From Methanobacteriota archaeon (lineage in GTDB: Archaea > Thermoplasmatota > Poseidoniia > Poseidoniales > Thalassarchaeaceae): 64,000 nt of DNA. Below the pieces are notes generated by a model. That model saw nothing but the letters and a program-made list of their open reading frames with translations, was not told where the DNA came from and ran no database searches. The DNA lies in contig JAOMRN010000001.1 in assembly GCA_028355015.1 (NCBI GenBank), positions 1,229 through 65,228 of the forward strand, written 5' to 3'. Below, in pieces: positions 19,463 through 29,413 of this stretch. A program made the translations under genes and the position numbers. Position 1 is the stretch's first letter; each line of letters starts with the position of its first letter.

Positions 19463-21661
19463 ATGGTAAGCAGCGACGTGACTAGTAAGTCGAAATTCAT
19501 CTCAAATCCTCGTAGAATCCCTGCAATGGCACTTCTAATGCCTTTACTGCTCTCGGTTCTTGCACCTGTAGCATTGATTGCACCCGTTGGTGCTCAAGAA
19601 GCAAATGAAAACTTAGAACCTGAGGATATTTGGTCATTTACATATTCTAACCAAATTTTCCCCTGGGGCGGAAACGATCAGTTGCAATTTAGAGAATACC
19701 ATGATTATTTCACTATGAAGGATAGAATGCAACAACTCGCAGATCAAAATATGGAGATAATGAGTTTCCATGAAGGACTAGTTGGAGGTGTTAACGCACG
19801 TGGGCAAGAAATGACCGCAAATGATTACGAAGGTTGGTACTACAATCATGCAAGCCCTTGGGTTAAGATTACTGGTGGTGGTGAAGAATTAGAAGGTGTT
19901 GCGGGAGGAGAATGTAATGTCTTTGTCGGAGATTGTGGTAATTATGCAGATATTCCTGATGTAATGTTAGTTGGTAATCATCATGCTAGAGAGTGGATGT
20001 CCTATGAGGTACCTATGCTTTTCTTAGAGACGGTAGCTTACTACTATGGTATGGCCGGAGTTGATAATGATGGTGATGGACTAATTGATGAAGACGGTTG
20101 GGACGGAATAGATAACGATGGAGATTGTTCTCGGTTAAATGCTAGCGCTCAAGATAGTAATGGTGATGGAAATCCTTGTGGTCCTGGTGATCTTGGAGTC
20201 GATGAAGACTTTTCAGAACAATGGATTACTGATTTAGTCAATACACGTGAGATCTATCTGATTCCAATGCTGAATGTTGATGGAAATAGATATGATCGAG
20301 AAGAATACTGTGGAGAAAATGCATGGGAAACCTGTCCAACATCTGGTTGGAGAAAGAACCTTCGCGACAATACAGTAACGGGGGTAACTCCTCTTCCAGA
20401 TATTGATGAAGAAGTAGACCCATCCTGCGACGGAGTAGATTTGAATCGTAATTATCAGTTCGAGTGGGGGGCTCCTCTAGGTGCTACTGGGCCTCTGTTC
20501 CCTGGTATGTGTTATGCAGGTGAAGCTGGTGCAAACAATGACGTTTACAATGGCCCTGTTGATACAGTTGACCAAGATCAAGATGGTCGGTTAAATGAAG
20601 ATCATGTAGATGGTAAAGACGACGATGCAGATGGTATGGTTGACGAGGATTGGTTAGGTGGAAACAGCGAACCTGAGACAAAATTCATTCAAGATATGAC
20701 TGAGATGAATGATGATGATGGCGATGGAGCGTCCGAATTCAAGGCGACATTAACATGGCATTCATACTCAGAACTGGTATTATGGCCATGGGGTCATTGT
20801 ACTAATTGTTACTCTCCAGATGATGAATTCCTAGTATATCATGGAGTTAAGATGGGTGAGATGACTGATTATGCACCAATGCAATCTTCAGATCTATACC
20901 CTACTACAGGAGATTTCTGTGATTGGCATTATGGAGTTCATAACTCATATTGCTATACAATGGAAATCGGCACAGCGTTCCATCAACATCCAGATGATAT
21001 TGCTCATATCGCAGTAAGGAATCTAGGCGTTCCATTTTACATGATAGAAATGGCCGATGACCCTAGATATCGTGCTATTGTCGGTATTGAGAATACTACT
21101 GGTTCTCAATGGCTTGCACCTCCTGTGGATGTGTCTATACCGAAAAATGGAGAAATTCCTATTGATTTCTGTTTAGATGTTACTTTCCCTTACACTACAA
21201 ATATGACTTACACTCATCTAATGTGGAGGCTAGTAGAACCAAATCGCCAGCAAGATGATTTCGGTCCTACAGAATGGATAGAAGTTCCTTGGGAAATGTC
21301 TGGTTTTGAAGCATTGGGGACTTCATGTATTCTTTTAGATGGAAGTAACGGTACTGTATTACAGGCAAATATCCCTGTACCAGATAGCTCTGTTGGGAAA
21401 ATACACTACAAGGCAATGCTTGGCACCACTAATGGGGCATTCCCCTTCTCATATCCTACAATATCCGAAGGACCTAATTATTACGAATTATCCATACCTT
21501 ACAGAGCCTCTTTTGGTTCTTCAGTAATGGCATTATTGATGTTCGCTCTGATAGCAACAATGGTCTGGGGAGGACTTGGATATACGTTGAAAGAGATGTT
21601 TAACGATGATCGAGATGTACTCGGCCTACCCGAAGAAATGCGTACTAAGAGGGATGCTTAA
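19463..21661 (+). CDS. Secreted, C-terminally membrane-anchored M14 zinc carboxypeptidase with Asp-rich inserts
   Basis: Zn/catalytic motifs VGNHHAREWMS, GVDLNRNY and WHSYSELVLWPWG. Signal-like PAMALLMPLLLSVLAPVALIAPVGA and C-terminal TM VMALLMFALIATMVWGGLG. The ORF-track start at 19340 overlaps the divergent MscS gene, so the in-frame ATG at 19463 is preferred. Confidence 0.8.
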   Translation: MVSSDVTSKSKFISNPRRIPAMALLMPLLLSVLAPVALIAPVGAQEANENLEPEDIWSFTYSNQIFPWGGNDQLQFREYHDYFTMKDRMQQLADQNMEIMSFHEGLVGGVNARGQEMTANDYEGWYYNHASPWVKITGGGEELEGVAGGECNVFVGDCGNYADIPDVMLVGNHHAREWMSYEVPMLFLETVAYYYGMAGVDNDGDGLIDEDGWDGIDNDGDCSRLNASAQDSNGDGNPCGPGDLGVDEDFSEQWITDLVNTREIYLIPMLNVDGNRYDREEYCGENAWETCPTSGWRKNLRDNTVTGVTPLPDIDEEVDPSCDGVDLNRNYQFEWGAPLGATGPLFPGMCYAGEAGANNDVYNGPVDTVDQDQDGRLNEDHVDGKDDDADGMVDEDWLGGNSEPETKFIQDMTEMNDDDGDGASEFKATLTWHSYSELVLWPWGHCTNCYSPDDEFLVYHGVKMGEMTDYAPMQSSDLYPTTGDFCDWHYGVHNSYCYTMEIGTAFHQHPDDIAHIAVRNLGVPFYMIEMADDPRYRAIVGIENTTGSQWLAPPVDVSIPKNGEIPIDFCLDVTFPYTTNMTYTHLMWRLVEPNRQQDDFGPTEWIEVPWEMSGFEALGTSCILLDGSNGTVLQANIPVPDSSVGKIHYKAMLGTTNGAFPFSYPTISEGPNYYELSIPYRASFGSSVMALLMFALIATMVWGGLGYTLKEMFNDDRDVLGLPEEMRTKRDA

Positions 21662-23445
21662 TGCAAGCATCAGGAGATTCTAGTTCAGACGAATTCAGTG
21701 GCCGACTAGGATTAATTTTTGCTACTATCGGTGCTGCTATTGGTACAGGTAACATTTGGCGATTCCCAAGAATGGTAGGTGCAAACGGAGGAGGTTCATT
21801 CCTAGTCCCATGGCTAATTTTCTTATTTTTATGGTCAGTTCCTTTGATTATTGCAGAATTTGCATTAGGTAAAAGAAGCCGCACAGGGACAGTCGGTACT
21901 TTCCGTATTTTCGCAGGTAACAAATTTGCTTGGATGGGGCTTTGGACTGCCTGGATTTCAACAGCAATCGGTTTCTATTATGCTGTAGTTACAGGTTGGT
22001 GCATCAACTACTTCCAAACAGCTATCCGTGGCGGTTTAGGCTCAGAGGTTGATACGGTTCAAGTATGGAACGATTTCCTTCAAGACCCGTTCCAAGTAAT
22101 TTTCTTCCAGTTAATTGCTGTTATGATTACAATGGCAGCAATTTGGAAAGGTGCTAAGGCAATAGAGAAAGTCAATGTGACATTGATGGTATCTCTTTTC
22201 ATTCTTTTATTTGCCGCATTATTCCTTTCATTTGTTATGGACTTAGATGATGGTACATTAGATGGATTTGTTTACATGTTTAGTATTCAACCAGGTTACC
22301 TTAGTCAACCTGAAACTTGGATAAATGGACTATCTCAATCTGCTTGGTCTTGTTCTGCAGGTATGGGTATGGCAATCACTTATTCCGTATATATGCGTAA
22401 AGATGAGGATACTACACTCAATGCTGCAACTATGTGTCTTGCAAACAATAGTATCTCAATAATTGCAGGTTTGACTGTAATGATGGCTGTATTCTCTGTT
22501 AGTGACGATCCTCTAGGTGCTGTAAGTGGCGGTAGTAGTGCGATTACTTTCTTAGTTCTTCCAGAAGTTTTTGCTCAGGCACCAGGTGGTCCTGTTGTCC
22601 AACTTCTAATGGTTACAATGTTTTTCTTAGCACTTTCATTTGCTGCTTTAACATCAATGATTTCGACTGTGGAACTTTGTGTGAGAAACTTTGTTGATCA
22701 TGGTATTGAGCGCCAAAAAGCAGTAGGTTTCACAACTCTTGCAATATTTTTGTTTGGTTTACCAAGTGCCGGTCTATGGATTCTTGTAGACCAAGATTCA
22801 GGTGTTGCGTTTCCACAGTTCTTAGAAGTCCAAGATCACATTTGGGGATATGGATTGATGTTCAGCGGATTATTTATTGCTTATTCAATCTGGAAATATG
22901 GATGGAACCAATATCGCGTATGGCAAGACGAGAATGATATTAGTGGATTTAATTTCAGAGAATATCTAGACAATGGAGTTTCTCCTTTCCGTGATGATTT
23001 CATTAATACAGGAGATAATGATTGGTGGATTGGTCGTTGGTGGGATTACATCATGTACCTTGGATTCCCAATAATGTTCGGTGTACTAATGCTATCATAT
23101 TTCAGTGATTTAATATTGAATGTACACGATCCTTGGAATCCAACTAATGCTCATGGGATTTCCATAATTCTATTATTCTGGGGAGTCACAGCAGGCCTAT
23201 TCATTAGTATGAATAAATATGTTTTAGTTAATCGTGTAACGTCATATAACGGCTCAATGTGGCCAGCGCGCTGGGACTTAGAACCTCGTCCGCTATACAG
23301 AAATGTACCAGATGGCGCAGAAGTATCGATTGATACACTACCGGGTGGAAATGATCCATTCATTGTAGAAGCAGGTGAGAACTTACCTGAGACATTCGTG
23401 AATGATTATGGGGAAACGCAAACCCATACACTTCATACTCAATAG
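21661..23445 (+). CDS. Sodium-dependent neurotransmitter/amino-acid symporter (NSS/SNF family)
   Basis: N-terminal hallmark GLIFATIGAAIGTGNIWRFP followed by about 12 TM segments. The ATG overlaps the stop of the carboxypeptidase gene. Confidence 0.85.
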   Translation: MQASGDSSSDEFSGRLGLIFATIGAAIGTGNIWRFPRMVGANGGGSFLVPWLIFLFLWSVPLIIAEFALGKRSRTGTVGTFRIFAGNKFAWMGLWTAWISTAIGFYYAVVTGWCINYFQTAIRGGLGSEVDTVQVWNDFLQDPFQVIFFQLIAVMITMAAIWKGAKAIEKVNVTLMVSLFILLFAALFLSFVMDLDDGTLDGFVYMFSIQPGYLSQPETWINGLSQSAWSCSAGMGMAITYSVYMRKDEDTTLNAATMCLANNSISIIAGLTVMMAVFSVSDDPLGAVSGGSSAITFLVLPEVFAQAPGGPVVQLLMVTMFFLALSFAALTSMISTVELCVRNFVDHGIERQKAVGFTTLAIFLFGLPSAGLWILVDQDSGVAFPQFLEVQDHIWGYGLMFSGLFIAYSIWKYGWNQYRVWQDENDISGFNFREYLDNGVSPFRDDFINTGDNDWWIGRWWDYIMYLGFPIMFGVLMLSYFSDLILNVHDPWNPTNAHGISIILLFWGVTAGLFISMNKYVLVNRVTSYNGSMWPARWDLEPRPLYRNVPDGAEVSIDTLPGGNDPFIVEAGENLPETFVNDYGETQTHTLHTQ

Positions 23446-23456
23446 TTATCAAACTC

Positions 23457-23945
23457 GTGAATAAAATGTCCAAATTTGTAAGTGATGAATATCCTTGGTC
23501 TAAGTTATTACGAGAGTATGTGATGTATTGTGCTGTAGGCTGTATTAACGTAGCAATTTTCTTTGCATTATATTGGTTCTTTTCGAATTTTCTTACAGTA
23601 ACAGATTCTCCTGAGACATTTGGTTGGGCTGTTTCTTTCTTGATCAGTTCAGCTCAGGCGTTTGTTTTACATCGCTGGCTGACTTTCGAATCTGAGTCTG
23701 AAATCCGATCTAGTTTCAGTAAAATGATGATTGTATATGGTGTACTATGGGTTGTTTCAACTATCGCTTTCTACTTATTGGTAGAAGTTATTGAGTTGGA
23801 TGAATTTATCTCTTGGGGTATCAATACAGCAGCATTTGGATTTTTCACATTCCTAGGTCTCAGGTTCTTTGCATTTCCACTTTCTGATGGTAGGGTAACT
23901 CGTAAGGAAAGGCTCGATAATTTCCGTGAACGACGTAAGGCTTGA
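23457..23945 (+). CDS. GtrA-family membrane protein
   Basis: 162 aa, four helices, with YCAVGCINVAIFFALYWFF and FVLHRWLTF blocks typical of GtrA-like proteins. Confidence 0.65.
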   Translation: MNKMSKFVSDEYPWSKLLREYVMYCAVGCINVAIFFALYWFFSNFLTVTDSPETFGWAVSFLISSAQAFVLHRWLTFESESEIRSSFSKMMIVYGVLWVVSTIAFYLLVEVIELDEFISWGINTAAFGFFTFLGLRFFAFPLSDGRVTRKERLDNFRERRKA

Positions 23946-25227
23946 AGTGGCCTTGTTTGTTGGAATAACCGTGGCACAAGGCGTTCGAGGTACTCGAGAC
24001 TTCTATCCTGAGGAGATGAGGTTGCGAAATTGGCTGTTCGATAATTTCGATGATGCGGCTCTATTGCACGGTTTTGAGGAATATGATGCTCCTGTTCTCG
24101 AGCATGAGGAATTGTATACAAGGAAACAAGGAGAAGAAATCACTCAACAACTGTATAACTTTCAAGACAAAGGTGATCGTAAGGTCGCATTAAGACCTGA
24201 AATGACTCCTTCCTTGGCCCGGATGGTAATGTCAAGAGCCGGTGCTTTGCCTATGCCAATCAAATGGTATTCCATACCTCAATGTTGGAGATATGAGAGA
24301 ACTCAAAGAGGTAGAGGGCGAGAACATTATCAGTGGAATGTAGATATCTGGGGGACAAATGAAATTTCAGCAGATGCTGAGTTAATTTCCGTTCTAGTTA
24401 CCTTCTTTGAAGGAGTAGGATTAACTGAAGAAGACTTAGTAATTCGTATGAGTAGTAGAAAGGTTCTGGAAGAGGTATTGGGTTCACTCGGTATTGTAGG
24501 GGATATGTTCGCTCAAACTTGTATAATAGTCGATAAAATGGATAAATTACCTGCAGATGTTGTGAGTGAACAATTATCGGCTTTAGGTATTGAAGATAAT
24601 GCAATAAAGACAATACAGTCAACACTTGGTATCAAAGATATGGATTCTCTCAGAAGTATGTTAGGAGAAGAAAGCCCTGCAGTTCTTGAGTTAACAAGTT
24701 TGTTTTCTGCTCTCGAAGCCTATGGGATCTCAGAATGGATAGAATTTGATGCATCTATTGTCCGTGGCCTTGCATACTATACTGGGCCTGTATTCGAAGC
24801 TCATGATAGAGCAGGAGAATTACGTGCAATTTGTGGTGGTGGGAGATATGACAAATTACTTTCAACATTAGGTGGTAAAGATTTACCCGCAACTGGATTT
24901 GGTTTTGGTGATATGGTAATTATGGAACTATTAGCCGAGAAAGGATTAGTTCCAGAATTAACAAGTGGAAATGATGATGTTGTAATTTCGTTAAGTCCTG
25001 AACTAAGAAATGCCGCAATGCACGTCGCATCATCTCTTAGGGCAACAGGTCGATCTGTCGATTTAGTTCTCGAGAATAAAAGATTGAAATGGGCTTTCAA
25101 ACATGCCGAAAGATCAGGTGCTCAACGTCTTGTTATGGTTATGCCAGATGAATGGAAAGATGGTAAAGTCCGAATCAAAGATTTAGAGACAGGCGAAGAA
25201 ACCAATGTAGACGTCGAATCTCTTTGA
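23926..25227 (+). CDS. hisS: Histidine--tRNA ligase
   Basis: Motifs GVRGTRDFYPEE, ALRPEMTPSLARMV, WYSIPQCWRYERTQRGRGREHYQWNVDIWG and GGGRYD. The listed ATG overlaps the gtrA-like gene by 20 nt; an in-frame GTG at 23971 is an alternative start. Confidence 0.9.
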   Translation: MNDVRLEVALFVGITVAQGVRGTRDFYPEEMRLRNWLFDNFDDAALLHGFEEYDAPVLEHEELYTRKQGEEITQQLYNFQDKGDRKVALRPEMTPSLARMVMSRAGALPMPIKWYSIPQCWRYERTQRGRGREHYQWNVDIWGTNEISADAELISVLVTFFEGVGLTEEDLVIRMSSRKVLEEVLGSLGIVGDMFAQTCIIVDKMDKLPADVVSEQLSALGIEDNAIKTIQSTLGIKDMDSLRSMLGEESPAVLELTSLFSALEAYGISEWIEFDASIVRGLAYYTGPVFEAHDRAGELRAICGGGRYDKLLSTLGGKDLPATGFGFGDMVIMELLAEKGLVPELTSGNDDVVISLSPELRNAAMHVASSLRATGRSVDLVLENKRLKWAFKHAERSGAQRLVMVMPDEWKDGKVRIKDLETGEETNVDVESL

Positions 25228-25255
25228 TATTCGTGATTAAAGGAGAGAATGTAAG

Positions 25256-26053
25256 ATGTCTGAGATAAAATTCCGTAAAAGCGATAAAAAAATGACCACA
25301 TTTGAGGTAATGAAACAAACATTTACGTTTGTTTCTGTAATCTGTATTTTTGATTTTATGTTCTATATGATGTATCTTCAAGAAGGTACAATAGCTAGTC
25401 TAATTCCTATGATTGTTTGCGGTTTACCACTGAGCTTGATTCTTCTTCTTCTCCTAATACAATCTATGAAGCATTTCCTCGGTTTCGGTCACATGGTTAT
25501 TACAAGTGATAATGAAATGGTGCTCAGGACCTCAAGTTCAGGTCGGGAAAAAACTAGTAGATTCTCATCTCTTAGTAAGATGATAACAAATCCAATGGCT
25601 AAAATGATGATGAGAGAAGCAGATAAAGATGGTGATGGACAAATATCTTTCGATGAATATATCGATATGGCCTTCGATGATTTAAGCATAAACGAGAAAC
25701 CTTGGGAATGGGACTTTAAGATGGCTTATGAAAGAATCTCGAAACAATTTGATTTGCCTTCTGGCGATCTCCCTATATCTTTCGAAGATTTTAGTATCTA
25801 TACTGATTCAGAAGATAGAACTAATTTCGATGAAATAGATATCGATAATGATGGTTTTATTACCAAGGAGCAGTTAATTGATTATTTCTGGGAACAAGGT
25901 AAATCTGAATTTACTGAGCTTAGGATAGAATTCGATAAATATGACGTAGATGGAAATGGTTACCTATCTTTAGAAGAATTGAGTACACTAATTTCATCTG
26001 GTCATCACGAAAATTGGGCAGAAGAAAAGACCAATAATTGGTGGTCTGAATAG
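25256..26053 (+). CDS. Membrane-anchored EF-hand calcium-binding protein
   Basis: Two N-terminal TM helices, then three canonical EF-hand loops: DKDGDGQISFDEY, DIDNDGFITKEQL and DVDGNGYLSLEEL. Confidence 0.75.
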   Translation: MSEIKFRKSDKKMTTFEVMKQTFTFVSVICIFDFMFYMMYLQEGTIASLIPMIVCGLPLSLILLLLLIQSMKHFLGFGHMVITSDNEMVLRTSSSGREKTSRFSSLSKMITNPMAKMMMREADKDGDGQISFDEYIDMAFDDLSINEKPWEWDFKMAYERISKQFDLPSGDLPISFEDFSIYTDSEDRTNFDEIDIDNDGFITKEQLIDYFWEQGKSEFTELRIEFDKYDVDGNGYLSLEELSTLISSGHHENWAEEKTNNWWSE

Positions 26054-26055
26054 AA

Positions 26056-26946
26056 CTAGTCGTCAACATTTCTGTTTTCTAGGAACTCTTTCAATCTATC
26101 TTGAAAATTCCAAATACCAATTGTTATTATGATAAATGTAGACAATACTAACCACATTCTTGTTTTAACTTTAATTTCCATAGAGAGTGACTCATAACAC
26201 TCGTCACTATTTTCATCTCCTATTTCAACAATTATTATACAAGAATCTAATGTTCTGAGTAAGTAAATAGGAGTAGATATCTCAAACCTACATTTTTCAC
26301 TGATAATATTCTCATCTGGATTACTTTCTATTAAACAATTTTTTTGTTTATATGAAAATCCTGTTGGTAATGATCTAGACTCACTATCTCTATCAATCAT
26401 TAATATCTGAAATTCTTTAGTAAATTCGTTATTGGCGTGACAGTCTATTCTTGATGATATGACTATCGGTGCACCCGCATTAACAACTAATAGCTGATGT
26501 TCTAACTCATATTGGCAATCAATATACTCATTTACATTAATTATCACATTGTAACTTTCAGGATTTCCGATATAGTTGACAGAATTTACTTTAGTAATTA
26601 CAGCATCAATTCTAGATTCATGTTCTCCAGATCTTGTATCGATATCTCCTCCATATGTGACTGAGAAAGTCCAAGAACTACCCCGATTAACAGTAAAATC
26701 ATTAGGAGCCACTGTACTAAGAACACCTCCTTGAACTGTAATCTGGACTGTGATAACGTGAACTGTTGGATTTTCTACCTCACAGAAAATATATGCTGTT
26801 TTTTGTTTTCCATCTACTGACATGTTAGTAGAATCATTACATGTTAGTATTATTTCAGGTTCTACTTGCGCTTCAGCACTTGGAATATAAGAATTCAATG
26901 ATACAGAAATTACTAGGAAAGTCATGATTAAACTTAATCTAGACAA
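26056..26946 (-). CDS. Hypothetical secreted protein with C-terminal TM anchor
   Basis: Signal peptide MSRLSLIMTFLVISVSLNSYIPSAEA, a Cys-containing beta-rich body, and C-terminal helix WLVLSTFIIITIGIW. Confidence 0.6.
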   Translation of the reverse strand: MSRLSLIMTFLVISVSLNSYIPSAEAQVEPEIILTCNDSTNMSVDGKQKTAYIFCEVENPTVHVITVQITVQGGVLSTVAPNDFTVNRGSSWTFSVTYGGDIDTRSGEHESRIDAVITKVNSVNYIGNPESYNVIINVNEYIDCQYELEHQLLVVNAGAPIVISSRIDCHANNEFTKEFQILMIDRDSESRSLPTGFSYKQKNCLIESNPDENIISEKCRFEISTPIYLLRTLDSCIIIVEIGDENSDECYESLSMEIKVKTRMWLVLSTFIIITIGIWNFQDRLKEFLENRNVDD

Positions 26947-27057
26947 GAATCAACCCTCAGCAAACCTAACTCTTAGAAAGTTTAGGCATTAAAATATACT
27001 AACGCTCTGTAGTATAAATAGATTGAGCCGTCATTTAGTATGATACAGCAATCTAAT

Positions 27058-27879
27058 TTATTCTTCTCTTCTATTGATTCTAGAACCTGCTACTGCAGCC
27101 ATTGCAAGAGCAGCCATACCTGCCATTAATCCGAATCCTGGTAATGCGTCACTGACAGCCCCGAGACCGCCTTCATCATCATCTCCACCGTCGGGCATTG
27201 ATTGATTAATTATAGGGAATTCCACAATTCCCGTATCACTACCATTTGTTGTAGCATAGTACATTCGGAAAGATCCTCCGCATACGAATATCCAACATTG
27301 ACCAGCAGGAGCGTTATAACCTGGTTTTGAATATTGTACTCTTAGTTGTGGTTCTTCTCCGCTTCTATTGAATCTTGTCATATTCCTATCGACATCTATA
27401 TCCCAAGTTACTGAATCATCATTACCATTATTAGCTGTCGCTGGAAATTCCTGCATTGCTAATTCAATTCCTCCTTTGTATAAAGTTAAAGTTAGATTTT
27501 GACATTCGCTTTGATCATTGCAATTATCTGAATCAATCTGAAAGTCTAGTTTTACTTGTATAGTTCCGTTTTCATTCAAATACACATCTTGTTTGAAGTT
27601 ATCACTAATTCTACAAGTATAATCCATCTCTATTTGTTGATTTATCTGCTCTGGCCACACTTGCTCCCCATAACCTTCCTCTGCAGAACCTGTAGTATCA
27701 TTTCCATCAAAGTGCATAAAACAATTTGATAAGTCACTATTTCCATAAATATGCATATGAGGATTATCTACAGATGGTTGCTTAGGATCAACAAATTGTG
27801 CCGATGTAGGAGCACCGATTGAACTTACTAGAAGTAAGACGACTAATGCCGCCGACTGTAACCTAAGGTTGGTTGCCAT
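27058..27879 (-). CDS. Secreted protein with PGF-CTERM archaeal sorting signal
   Basis: Signal peptide LQSAALVVLLLVSSIGAPTSA. The C-terminus ALPGFGLMAGMAALAMAAVAGSRINRREE has a PGF motif, a hydrophobic helix and a basic tail, the architecture of archaeosortase A substrates. Confidence 0.7.
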   Translation of the reverse strand: MATNLRLQSAALVVLLLVSSIGAPTSAQFVDPKQPSVDNPHMHIYGNSDLSNCFMHFDGNDTTGSAEEGYGEQVWPEQINQQIEMDYTCRISDNFKQDVYLNENGTIQVKLDFQIDSDNCNDQSECQNLTLTLYKGGIELAMQEFPATANNGNDDSVTWDIDVDRNMTRFNRSGEEPQLRVQYSKPGYNAPAGQCWIFVCGGSFRMYYATTNGSDTGIVEFPIINQSMPDGGDDDEGGLGAVSDALPGFGLMAGMAALAMAAVAGSRINRREE

Positions 27880-27932
27880 GAACTACCGTCGATACCCGTA
27901 TGGTTTGAAACTTACCGGTACTCGATTGCAGA

Positions 27933-29060
27933 TTAATCGAATCTTTGGATTCTTTGATTACCTTGATTTGTGGCCTTTCTGGCTATATTTAGGGCTTCTC
28001 CAAGCATATCTGCACTGACTAACTCTTGATCTAACCTCTTATTTGCAACACCAGTAATTATTGACATAACTTTGATTGTATCTCCGAAAGCAGGATCATG
28101 TCTTGCTCCGAATATCACTTGTGCTGTCGGAGATAGCTTTGAAGTCATCAAATCACAGACCTGATTTGCTTGTTCTAGAGTCATATATGGCCCTCCTGTA
28201 ACATGTATTAATGCTCCAGTTGCACCTTCAATATCAATATCTAATAATGGATGATTAAGAGATTCATGTACTACTTCTTCAGGCCCTTGATCTGATTCAC
28301 CATAAAGCATCATTGTAACTCCTCCTCCTTTCATGATAGTTCGAACATCTGCGAAATCAAGATTGATTAGACTAGGTAGAGTAATTGTTTCCACAACTCC
28401 CTTGACAATCTCTGCAATTAATTGATCCATTATACTGAATGCTTCATCAAGTGGCATATTAGGAACGAAATGCAGTAATCTATTGTTATCTAGAACGAGA
28501 ACTGCATCTGCTTCTTTCCTCAATAAGTCTAGCCCTTCTAGTGCTCTTGACATTCTTTGTTTCCTTTCAACTGTAAAAGGAGTTGTCACGATTGCGACAA
28601 CCAAGGCCCCTGCACGCCTTGCTTCATCTGCCACAATCGGAGCAATTCCTGTGCCGGTTCCCCCTCCTAATCCGGCGGTAACGAAAACTAAGTCAGCCCC
28701 TGTGACTATTTTCGAAATTACATCGCGTCCTGCTTCGGCGCATCTTCGACCCATTATCGGGTCACCTCCAGCTCCAAGTCCGCGTGTAATATGACGTCCT
28801 ACAAGCAGCTTTTGCATTGCCCTTGTATGATCTAAGTGTTGTTTATCGGTATTGATTGCTACAGTAATAGCTCCTTCAACTCCAATATGTGTAATGCGAT
28901 TCATTGTGTTATTTCCAGAACCGCCGCATCCACAAACTAGTATTCGTGGGTCAGGTGTTCCGAACGATTCTAGTTCACGATCACGGAGTGCTGTAGGGAT
29001 TCGTCCTGAAGTCGTAGTACGGCCATCCATACCAACTGAACCTTGAGGTAATCCTGACAT
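27933..29060 (-). CDS. ftsZ: Cell division GTPase FtsZ
   Basis: Motifs [12 protein letters not shown], the tubulin signature GLGGGTGTG, and NTDKQHL. Confidence 0.95.
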   Translation of the reverse strand: MSGLPQGSVGMDGRTTTSGRIPTALRDRELESFGTPDPRILVCGCGGSGNNTMNRITHIGVEGAITVAINTDKQHLDHTRAMQKLLVGRHITRGLGAGGDPIMGRRCAEAGRDVISKIVTGADLVFVTAGLGGGTGTGIAPIVADEARRAGALVVAIVTTPFTVERKQRMSRALEGLDLLRKEADAVLVLDNNRLLHFVPNMPLDEAFSIMDQLIAEIVKGVVETITLPSLINLDFADVRTIMKGGGVTMMLYGESDQGPEEVVHESLNHPLLDIDIEGATGALIHVTGGPYMTLEQANQVCDLMTSKLSPTAQVIFGARHDPAFGDTIKVMSIITGVANKRLDQELVSADMLGEALNIARKATNQGNQRIQRFD

Positions 29061-29287
29061 TATATCTCCCCGTGCATCCCCGGCATTACTGCCTTACAAA
29101 TCATCAATGCAATTCTTAGTATTATTAACAGTTGAGGATAATCATAGGTCTAAGAGGCCGATTATCGCAGTAGATTATCAGAACCAGATATGTGTTTTTT
29201 CTCAGATTTTTAAATCATTATTTTTTTTGGATTTTCGAATTGCGACCGGAAATCAACATAAGGCGATGGTGCCTCCAAGGCTTCGTC

Positions 29288-29391
29288 CCGCGCTTAGCTC
29301 AGTTGGCTAGAGCACCTGACTGTAGACTGGAAACACATGGTTGTAGGCAGCCATCAGGGGGTCCCCGGTTCAAGTCCGGGAGCGCGGACCA
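29288..29391 (+). tRNA. tRNA-Tyr (anticodon GTA) with a 27-nt intron at the canonical 37/38 position; CCA encoded
   Basis: Hand-folded cloverleaf. Acceptor CCGCGCT/AGCGCGG (C1-G72, A73, as required of archaeal tRNA-Tyr). D arm GCTC-AGTTGGCTA-GAGC. Anticodon stem CCTGA/TCAGG with loop CTGTAG|A interrupted by 29326..29352. Variable loop GGGTC. T arm CCCGG-TTCAAGT-CCGGG. The mature length would be 77 nt including CCA. Confidence 0.85.
29366..29391 (+). repeat. 26-nt direct repeat, copy 1 (3' end of tRNA-Tyr; att-like)
   Basis: CGGTTCAAGTCCGGGAGCGCGGACCA is identical to 33565..33590. Confidence 0.9.
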
Positions 29392-29413
29392 TAATATCAT
29401 CAGATTAGGTAAC

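Noticed and set aside
23926-23945. 20-nt overlap between the gtrA-like gene and hisS, considered as a frameshift or fusion
   Set aside because: The frames differ and both proteins are complete. An in-frame GTG at 23971 gives a conventional HisRS N-terminus without the overlap.
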